13,578 nucleotides of DNA from Dehalococcoidia bacterium (GTDB lineage Bacteria > Chloroflexota > Dehalococcoidia > GIF9 > AB-539-J10). Positions 7,212 to 13,578 of the stretch are shown piece by piece. How positions within the stretch are numbered: the stretch's first letter is position 1; the number at the start of each line of letters is the position of its first letter. The translations under genes were made by a program, and so were the position numbers. Location: positions 1 through 13,578 of the forward strand of contig JAUWOR010000016.1 in assembly GCA_030612025.1 (NCBI GenBank), in the 5' to 3' direction. Under the pieces are notes generated by a model. That model was not told the DNA's origin, did not search any database, and saw only the letters and a list, made by a program, of their open reading frames with translations.

Positions 7212-8450
7212 TCACCAACCTTCGTACTCTTTTTTCAGAATCTCGAGGAATACATCATAAGTTAGCACCCTTGGATTTGAGTCTAGACTTAAATTCCATG
7301 TAGCTCTTTCTGCTATTTTTGGTAAATCCTTTTCATCCACACCTAGTTCTTTTAAACTATGCGGTGCCTCAACCATGTTGATCATTTCTTTCACAGTATC
7401 TACAGATTTCAGCGCTGCAGCCTTCAGAGATAGGCCAGAGACATCCTCACCTAGAAGTTCAGCAATTCTAGCGAATTTGGCTGGGTTAGTCATGCAGTTA
7501 TATTCCATAATCCAAGGTGCAGCTAGTGCACAAGTGACCCCGTGCGGTATCACTGGACGCGGTGGATTTCCATAGACACCACCTAATGCTTCCCCTAAGC
7601 AATGCATACCAGCACAGTTAGTGCTTGAGAAAGCTACACCTCCTAAGCAAGATGCCATCATCATCCCTTCCCTGGCATCAATATCTTTGCCATTCGTATA
7701 CGCTATTGGTAAATTCTCTGCCACTAACCTAATGCCATACTCTGCCAACGCATCACAAACAGGATTTGACACATTAGCAGTATAAGCTTCAATGAGATGA
7801 CTTAAAGCATCCAAACCAGTGGACGCCGTCTGCTTCGGAGGTAAACTAATTGTGAGTTCTGGGTCATCTATGGCAACTTTTGCTGCGATACATGGCCCAC
7901 CTAGATAGGTCGCAGGACCACCTATCGCCATTTTTTCCCATTTTTCAGTATGTGTTACAACAGCCCAGGGGTTACATTCGCTCCCCGTGCCTGACGTTGT
8001 TGGAATAGTTATCAATGGAAGCGGATGAGCCTTAGCTTTAGACCCTGCAGGTCCGCACACAGTATACGAATAGTCTTGTATCGTCCCTTGGTTCGTGGCT
8101 AGTAACGCTATGCACTTGGACGTATCCATAGGGCTGCCACCACCTAATCCAATAATTACATCTGGTTTAATTTCTCTGGCAAGTTTAGTTCCTGCCTCGA
8201 CGATGGTGTCAAGCGGATTCGCTTCTACCCTATCAAACATATCATAGCCTATTCCCGCCTCTTCGAGAAGCGTAGTAACTTTTCTGGCAATTCCTGCCTC
8301 GCTAAGTCCCTGGTCAGTTACAAGTAAGGCTTTCTTATACCCCGAATCTTTGACGATCCTGCCAAGTTGTGCAACTTTACCCCGCCCAAAAACAAGCGAT
8401 GCTTGCCAATAAAATTCAAAAGACTTTAATGTTCTTTGCATTACTGTCAT
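7212..8450 (-). CDS. Iron-containing (type III) alcohol dehydrogenase, 412 aa
   Basis: GLGGGSPMD, PTTSGTGSE, and metal ligands in DALSH...HCLGE...PHG. Start moved from 8483 to ATG 8450, which follows AAAGGAGG. Confidence 0.93.
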   Translation of the reverse strand: MTVMQRTLKSFEFYWQASLVFGRGKVAQLGRIVKDSGYKKALLVTDQGLSEAGIARKVTTLLEEAGIGYDMFDRVEANPLDTIVEAGTKLAREIKPDVIIGLGGGSPMDTSKCIALLATNQGTIQDYSYTVCGPAGSKAKAHPLPLITIPTTSGTGSECNPWAVVTHTEKWEKMAIGGPATYLGGPCIAAKVAIDDPELTISLPPKQTASTGLDALSHLIEAYTANVSNPVCDALAEYGIRLVAENLPIAYTNGKDIDAREGMMMASCLGGVAFSSTNCAGMHCLGEALGGVYGNPPRPVIPHGVTCALAAPWIMEYNCMTNPAKFARIAELLGEDVSGLSLKAAALKSVDTVKEMINMVEAPHSLKELGVDEKDLPKIAERATWNLSLDSNPRVLTYDVFLEILKKEYEGW

Positions 8451-8531
8451 TTCTATTCCTCCTTTCTTTTTCAACTTCTTCATCTAAATTCACTTTTAAT
8501 CTTCTTTATTCTCTTTTATGGCTAGGAGCAC

Positions 8532-9251
8532 CTATGCCCCTAAATAAGCTTTCCTTACGCGTTCGTTATTTAACAATGCTGCACCACTATCACTCATGAC
8601 TATATTGCCTGTTTCTATGACATAACCTTTATCGGCAAGCTTAAGCGCCATGTGAGCATTTTGCTCTACCAAAACGACGGTGATTTCCATAATGGTTTTG
8701 ATAGTTTCAATTATTCTGGCAATTTCAGCGACCACCAAGGGAGCTAAACCTAGTGAAGGTTCGTCCATTAGCAGCAAGCGTGGCTTTGTCATAAGCGCCC
8801 GCGCGATTGCGAGCATCTGTCCTTCGCCGCCGCTTAAGGTTTTTGCAAGTTGATTTTGTCTCTCCTTCAGTATCGGAAAATGCCGAAACATATCTTCAAT
8901 ATCTGCCTCTACTTCAGCTCTGTTCTTTCGTAAGAAGGCACCCATGGCGAGGTTTTCTTTCACGGTCATCAGCCTGAACAGCCTCCTTCCTTCGGGGGTA
9001 AGTCCAATTCCCAAGGCAACGATGTCATGGGTTGCCGTTCTATCTATCCTCTTGCCATCAAACCAGATCTCGCCGGACGTTGCCCGTTTCACCCCAGACA
9101 CGGTCTTCAAAAAAGTGGTTTTTCCTGCACCGTTGGCCCCAATAAGAGCAACAATCGTTCCTTTTTCAGCGTATAAGGAGACGTTTCTAAGTGCTGAAAC
9201 TTTATCATAGTATACACTTAAGCCCTTGACATCGAGAAACATGCTATTCAC
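8532..9251 (-). CDS. livF: Branched-chain amino acid (HAAT) ABC transporter ATP-binding protein, LivF-like
   Basis: Walker A GANGAGKT, PEGRRLF, LSGGE, LLMDEPSLGLAP, LVEQN, C-terminal VRKAYLG. Confidence 0.92.
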   Translation of the reverse strand: MNSMFLDVKGLSVYYDKVSALRNVSLYAEKGTIVALIGANGAGKTTFLKTVSGVKRATSGEIWFDGKRIDRTATHDIVALGIGLTPEGRRLFRLMTVKENLAMGAFLRKNRAEVEADIEDMFRHFPILKERQNQLAKTLSGGEGQMLAIARALMTKPRLLLMDEPSLGLAPLVVAEIARIIETIKTIMEITVVLVEQNAHMALKLADKGYVIETGNIVMSDSGAALLNNERVRKAYLGA

Positions 9252-10005
9252 CTCCTCCCAAGTAAGCTTCGATTACAGCCTTGTCTTTACTCACTTCTGC
9301 GGGCGTACTCTCGGCAATCCTTTTCCCAAAGTTTAGAACAGTGATCTTATCGCACAGGTTCATAACAAACTTCATATTATGTTCAATCAGCAGTATAGAC
9401 ACTCCGCTATCCCGTATCTTACCAAGCAAGCTCGTCAACTCCATGCTTTCTTCTGCGTTCATGCCCGTGGCCGGTTCATCTAACATTAATAGTTTTGGTT
9501 TGACAGCCAAGGCGATAGCTATTCCAAGCTTCCTCTGATAACCATGCGGCAGGCTCGCAGCACGCTCACCTAAATATTGAGACAGGCCCAGAAACTCAAT
9601 AATTTCTATGGCCTCTCTTCTATTACTCTCTTCGCTCCCCAGTGTAGCTCGGGTACTAAGCATCTGTCCCCAGAAGCTCTCATGTGCGTGCAGGTGGCAT
9701 CCCACCAGCACGTTTTTTAGGACGTCAAACTCCCTAAACAGGACATTGGCTTGAAAGGTTCGAACGAGCCCCAATGCAGCTACTTTATCAGGTGTCAAGC
9801 CAACAATGTTCTTCCTTTCGAAGAAGATGTCCCCTGCTTCTGGAAGGTAAACACCGCTTAGCACATTAAAGAGAGTTGTCTTGCCAGCGCCGTTGGGTCC
9901 GATCAAACCCCTTATCTCTCCTTCATTAACAGTCATATCTACGTTACTAAGGGCTTCTAAACCACCGAAGTACTTACTTACCTTCCTGATTTCAAGCAAA
10001 GCCAT
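9244..10005 (-). CDS. livG: HAAT ABC transporter ATP-binding protein, LivG-like
   Basis: FGGLEAL, GPNGAGKTT, RTFQ, LPHGYQR, LDEPATGMN, IEHNM, VIEAYLG. Overlaps both neighbours. Confidence 0.92.
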   Translation of the reverse strand: MALLEIRKVSKYFGGLEALSNVDMTVNEGEIRGLIGPNGAGKTTLFNVLSGVYLPEAGDIFFERKNIVGLTPDKVAALGLVRTFQANVLFREFDVLKNVLVGCHLHAHESFWGQMLSTRATLGSEESNRREAIEIIEFLGLSQYLGERAASLPHGYQRKLGIAIALAVKPKLLMLDEPATGMNAEESMELTSLLGKIRDSGVSILLIEHNMKFVMNLCDKITVLNFGKRIAESTPAEVSKDKAVIEAYLGGGE

Positions 10006-10969
10006 CTTTTCCTAATCCCCCTTTCCTGCTTCGGGATCTTCTAATCTGTGAGCGGATCCTCTCGGGTATACTTATCAGGCCTCCAGGCAAAAACAGGACT
10101 ATCAATATCAGGATAATGCCAAAGGTTATCAGGCGGTAGAATCCCAGCGGACGAAATAGCTCATCTAACAAAGTCAAGGCAATAGCACCTACTATCGGCC
10201 CGCCAATAGCAGACAACCCTCCCACTATATTATGAACCAGACTGAATTCTGATTGCCAAATGTCGAAACTACGTGGACTTATATAGGTATGATAATGAGC
10301 ATAAAGAGCACCAGTCAAACCGGCCCAGAAGCAAGCTATAGAAAAGGTCAGAACTTTATATTTCAGGGGATTAATGCCGACATGTTGGGCTAGAGTCTCA
10401 GCTTCATGAATGCTCCATAGGTTCATGCCTACCCGAGAGCGGTTCAGCTTCCAGATGAAAACTACACAGGCCACAGTAAGTGCAACCGCTACATAGTAGT
10501 AAGCAATCCTTGATGAGAGAACCTTAGGGGGCAGGATATAGAACAGCCCATCCCAACCCCCGAAGGTTCCCCTGAAGTAAGCAAAGGTCATTTTTATGAT
10601 CTCACCAAGTGCCCAACTAGCCATGAAGAAGTAGACTGCTCTTGTCCTCATCAAGGGAATGCTCACTAGAGCCCCAATAATCCCTGCCATTAACGCCCCT
10701 AACCATATGGTAACCCCAAACGGCCAACCCAGTTTCAAGAACAGCAGGGCAGATGTATAGGCGCCGATACCCATAAAACCAGCATGAGCAAAAGAAACTA
10801 ACCCCAGAGTTGTTATAAGCCACATGCTAGTAGCCATCATCACGTTAAAAGCGATGGTTATGGCGATATGCAGAATATACTCCTCCTGGGTAATAGCAGG
10901 CCACAAAAACACCAGGATTATTAAAATCACCCCGATATGGGACTTAAGCCACTCCTTATTCATTTGCAC
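9992..10969 (-). CDS. livM: HAAT ABC transporter permease, LivM-like
   Basis: Multiple hydrophobic helices; GLVSFAHAGFMGIGAY, SRVG..L..I.E.E.LA..VGIN, GLTGALYAH, VGG, LPGGL. Start is GTG 10969 or ATG 10963. Confidence 0.9.
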   Translation of the reverse strand: MQMNKEWLKSHIGVILIILVFLWPAITQEEYILHIAITIAFNVMMATSMWLITTLGLVSFAHAGFMGIGAYTSALLFLKLGWPFGVTIWLGALMAGIIGALVSIPLMRTRAVYFFMASWALGEIIKMTFAYFRGTFGGWDGLFYILPPKVLSSRIAYYYVAVALTVACVVFIWKLNRSRVGMNLWSIHEAETLAQHVGINPLKYKVLTFSIACFWAGLTGALYAHYHTYISPRSFDIWQSEFSLVHNIVGGLSAIGGPIVGAIALTLLDELFRPLGFYRLITFGIILILIVLFLPGGLISIPERIRSQIRRSRSRKGGLGKDGFA

Positions 10970-10996
10970 CTTTCATTGCTACTCCCCTCTCCTCCA

Positions 10997-11887
10997 TTAG
11001 AGCTCCCATGCCAACCCAAACAACCCTAAGGGTTTGAATACCAGTATTATAAAAACCGTAATGAAACCCACTATGTACCCAAGTTCGGAGCTAAATAGAG
11101 TGCCAACGAAACTGTCGATCATCCCTATGATAAATGCGCCAACAATGGCACCGGGAATACTTCCTAGTCCTCCCACAATCACTATCATGAAGGCCTTCAC
11201 AGTAGCGTCAAATCCCATTGTGGGAACGATAGACGTCAACGTTCCCACCAAGCATCCAGCAACTGCTGCCAGAGCACTGCCTAGACCGAAACCCAGCATA
11301 TGGACCCGTTGCGTATTTATTCCTTGCAGAGAACTGGTCTCAGGGTCTTCAGCAACGGCACGCATTGCCCTTCCCATCTTGAACCTGTGCAGGAAAAAAT
11401 GCAGCCCCCATAGTGCAAGCCCAGCTATGGCACAAATTGTCATCCTTTCATAGCTGAGGACCCCACCCAATATCTCTACTTTACCCGTAACGACGCCTGG
11501 TATGCCTTTTTCTACTGTGCCAAAAAAGCGGAGGCCAGCACTGGATATGATAAAGATTAACGCTAAGGTCATAGCCAAGTAATCTAATATCGGTCTGTCC
11601 CGCAAGGGACGCAGAAGAACAAACTGCATTCCCATGCCTATGGCAAAAATAATGCCGCAACTTAGTGGGAGTGCTATCCAATAAGGCAATTCTGCCCTAG
11701 TACATAGATAGTAGAGACCATAAGCACCAAGCATATATAATTCACCATGAGCATACTGAACAACACGCAGAATACCAAAGATCAAGCTCAAGCCGATTGC
11801 CATCAGAGCGTATATCAAACCCAGTGATGCCCCATTTATGAACATCTGTATCCCGAGCTCTCTTAACATACCAACAACTGATTCCAT
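10997..11887 (-). CDS. livH: HAAT ABC transporter permease, LivH-like
   Basis: GLIYALMAIGLSLIFG, AHGELYMLGAY, GRAMRAVAED, GIN, VGGLGSIPGA, KPLGLFG. Confidence 0.93.
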   Translation of the reverse strand: MESVVGMLRELGIQMFINGASLGLIYALMAIGLSLIFGILRVVQYAHGELYMLGAYGLYYLCTRAELPYWIALPLSCGIIFAIGMGMQFVLLRPLRDRPILDYLAMTLALIFIISSAGLRFFGTVEKGIPGVVTGKVEILGGVLSYERMTICAIAGLALWGLHFFLHRFKMGRAMRAVAEDPETSSLQGINTQRVHMLGFGLGSALAAVAGCLVGTLTSIVPTMGFDATVKAFMIVIVGGLGSIPGAIVGAFIIGMIDSFVGTLFSSELGYIVGFITVFIILVFKPLGLFGLAWEL

Positions 11888-11934
11888 TCTTTGAACTTCC
11901 TATTCCTCCAAGACTCCACTGCGTTTTTGTGTGC

Positions 11935-13176
11935 TTAATACTCCGGTGGTAGCTCAGGAAAACCTTTTTCGAGAAGCCGCGCTACTCCATCCTCAATGAT
12001 GTAAGTATAGTTATCATAGACAACTTGTCGCGGCAGGCCATATCGTGCCTTTCCAGCAAAAATCACCTCCCCCATATAACAATCTTCCTCCCCCATCTCT
12101 ACCTTTTCTAGAGCATTCGCGACAGCGCGAGTGTCCGTAACCGTGCCGCTAGCCTCAAAAGCCTTTTTCAATGCATATGCCCACCAAGTGTACCCGCCAG
12201 ATAACTCATAGAAGTGGCCGTACTTGCGCTCAAGCTTCTCACGCATCCGCTTTTGAAAGTCTGTGAGCTCTATGCCTTCAATGTTTGTATAGTAGGGGTA
12301 GCCAGAGACGATAACATCGTCAGCGAATTCCCCGCATATCTCCAGTATAGTCGTTACCTCCCCGGCGGCCGTTGAGACAATTGGTCCCTCGTAGCCCATC
12401 TCTCGGGCTGCTTTCACGATAGAGGCAGTTGTCCCTGCTGGAAGCGGGCTGCAGATGATAAAATCAGGATTTGCTGCTAGTGCTCTTGTCACTATGGGAT
12501 AGAAATCAGTAACAGTCCACTCAAAATAAAGGTACCCAAGGTCTTCGATACCATAGTGATCCATTAGCAGTGTGTACGAATAATGGCAATCATAGCCATC
12601 CTTGTCATCCGGGCCAATGAAAAAACACGATTCTAACTTGTCTCGGCCATAGTACCTAAACATGGCGGGTATGTACTGAAAGCCCGACTCATAGTCGGTC
12701 ATTTCGAGCCTAAATCCGTAGAAATACTCAGGGCCGATAAGCTCTATGTAACCCCAGCAGGCTGCCATTGACAGTACCTCGTTGGGCTCACTGATCCCCA
12801 GCATGCCTATGGTGGTGGCTGCAGGCGTGGCAAACATGTACTTTACCTTATCCTCGAAAACCAGCCGGGTTGTAGCTGCTCTGGAATCAGCCACGACGTT
12901 TTTGCTATCATAAGTAATAACTTCCATCTTGTACGTCTCATCCCCGACTTTGATTCCGCCTGCAGCATTAATTTCTTCGGCTGCGGTCTCCCAACCTTCC
13001 ATTAAACATATACCCCAATAAGCGCACTCGCCTGATAATGGTACCGTTCCTCCGATTTTAACCGTCTTCATTGGCTTTTCTTCTTCCACTGGAGGAGCAG
13101 GCGCACACATGGGAAGAGCAAAAGCCATTAATAAAGAAACCACTAATCCCACACTAATTAACCATTTCCATCTCAT
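11935..13176 (-). CDS. HAAT (LivJ/LivK-like) ABC substrate-binding protein, probable lipoprotein, 413 aa
   Basis: Signal peptide MRWKWLISVGLVVSLLMAFALPM-C followed by a Pro-rich linker APAPP; KIGGTVPLSG..A.WG, EINAAGGI.VG, DFYP. ATG 13176 follows AAAGGAGG. The track start at 13371 is probably over-extended; an in-frame ATG at 13236 is an alternative. Confidence 0.9.
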   Translation of the reverse strand: MRWKWLISVGLVVSLLMAFALPMCAPAPPVEEEKPMKTVKIGGTVPLSGECAYWGICLMEGWETAAEEINAAGGIKVGDETYKMEVITYDSKNVVADSRAATTRLVFEDKVKYMFATPAATTIGMLGISEPNEVLSMAACWGYIELIGPEYFYGFRLEMTDYESGFQYIPAMFRYYGRDKLESCFFIGPDDKDGYDCHYSYTLLMDHYGIEDLGYLYFEWTVTDFYPIVTRALAANPDFIICSPLPAGTTASIVKAAREMGYEGPIVSTAAGEVTTILEICGEFADDVIVSGYPYYTNIEGIELTDFQKRMREKLERKYGHFYELSGGYTWWAYALKKAFEASGTVTDTRAVANALEKVEMGEEDCYMGEVIFAGKARYGLPRQVVYDNYTYIIEDGVARLLEKGFPELPPEY

Positions 13177-13239
13177 GATATTTTTTCCTCCTTTCTTAAT
13201 AATTTTCTCAGTCTTTCCTGAGAGCCAATTCTTCATAGG

Positions 13240-13347
13240 TATCACCTCCCTACTGAGCAACCAGAATCCCCGATTGCAGCGGCACAGCATACGGGACAAG
13301 GGAGGTAATATGCCAACCTTGTCAGCGCCGTTCCCCGCTGGTTGCCC
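13240..13347 (-). ncRNA. Candidate structured cis-regulatory leader RNA with an anti-SD/SD pseudoknot
   Basis: Nested helices 13347-13338/13264-13255 (10 bp), 13330-13325/13285-13280 (6 bp) and 13314-13308/13292-13286 (7 bp). TATTACCTCCCT (13310-13299) pairs with AGGGAGGTGATA (13251-13240). No known family recognised. Confidence 0.45.
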
Positions 13348-13371
13348 GATATACATAACTCTTTCCTTCAT

Positions 13372-13460
13372 TTTTAAGCTCCCTACAAAGACATAGGCCC
13401 GCCCTTGATTAGAACGAGCCTATGCAGCGTGAAAGTAAGATAAAAAAGGGAGACTTAAAA
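13372..13460 (-). other. Second nested stem-loop domain in the leader, possible attenuator
   Basis: Outer stem 13460-13447/13384-13372 (13 bp, one bulge). Inner stem 13424-13415/13401-13392 (10 bp, one G-U), followed by UCUUUGU. Confidence 0.35.
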
Positions 13461-13520
13461 CATAGATATTAATCAACTTCATTTAACTAGTATCCCCCTA
13501 AGAGCTTGCTACCTTTATTT

Positions 13521-13549
13521 ATGTTAAAGCACGGGGGGGCGGTTGTCAA
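13521..13549 (-). promoter_or_regulatory. Sigma70-type promoter for the cluster
   Basis: Perfect -35 TTGACA (13549-13544), 17-nt spacer, -10 TAACAT (13526-13521). Predicted TSS is near 13514. Confidence 0.7.
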
Positions 13550-13563
13550 TAGCTCGAATTGAC
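13545..13563. promoter_or_regulatory. Inverted repeat GTCAAT-N7-ATTGAC overlapping the -35 (operator and/or back-to-back divergent -35 boxes)
   Basis: Exact 6-bp arms at 13545-13550 and 13558-13563. The right arm also gives TTGACT on the + strand. Confidence 0.4.
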
Positions 13564-13578
13564 TCATAATTAATGTTA

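Noticed and set aside
8451-8483. N-terminal extension of the ADH (MKKLKKKGGIE)
   Set aside because: The extension is the translated RBS region; ATG 8450 has the proper SD spacing.
13205-13345. Cobalamin riboswitch (GGGAA, GCCGCTGCAATCGGGGA and TCAGGAAAGACTG resemble fragments of the consensus)
   Set aside because: The conserved GGTG..AATCC T-loop arm and a proper B12 box are absent; an Rfam scan would settle it.
13237-13371. Coding extension of the binding protein up to ATG 13371
   Set aside because: It would bury the signal peptide 65 residues in and lacks protein-like features; the region is better explained as a structured 5' leader.
596-13396. Short ORFs nested in or antisense to the main genes (596..841, 1164..1397, 1616..1885, 3487..3669, 3869..4219, 4662..5006, 6499..6699, 6724..6918, 6958..7164, 7375..7575, 8369..8599, 8944..9210, 9281..9538, 10617..10823, 11034..11453, 11481..11681, 13109..13396)
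   Set aside because: They overlap well-supported minus-strand genes and show no recognisable protein motifs; treated as shadow ORFs.
1-13578. CRISPR arrays, tRNA or rRNA genes
   Set aside because: No regularly spaced repeats, cloverleaf or rRNA-like segments were seen; the non-coding gaps are explained by relics, IS ends and the leader.

Overview
Nearly the whole window is one minus-strand catabolic cluster, probably from an anaerobic bacterium; the 'C-APAPP' lipoprotein leader and gene content suggest Dehalococcoidia/Chloroflexota, which is an inference. In transcription order (right to left): a sigma70-type promoter (TTGACA-17-TAACAT), a ~340-nt structured leader, a complete Liv/HAAT-type ABC transporter (binding protein, two permeases, two ATPases), an iron-containing alcohol dehydrogenase, and an atypical acyl-CoA dehydrogenase-fold protein. 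These are followed by a decayed etfB relic, a corrinoid protein coupled to a pyrrolysine-free MtmB (monomethylamine methyltransferase) homolog, a 1300-bp IS3-family element (4-bp TSD, frameshifted orfB), and a saccharopine-dehydrogenase-fold C-N oxidoreductase. A 54-bp relic of a second mtmB paralog lies near the left end. The main candidate novelty is a Pyl-independent MtmB/corrinoid demethylation pathway for an imported N-methylated amine or amino acid, possibly controlled by an unrecognised SD-sequestering leader RNA. All family calls come from motif recognition and recalled sequences; no database search was run.
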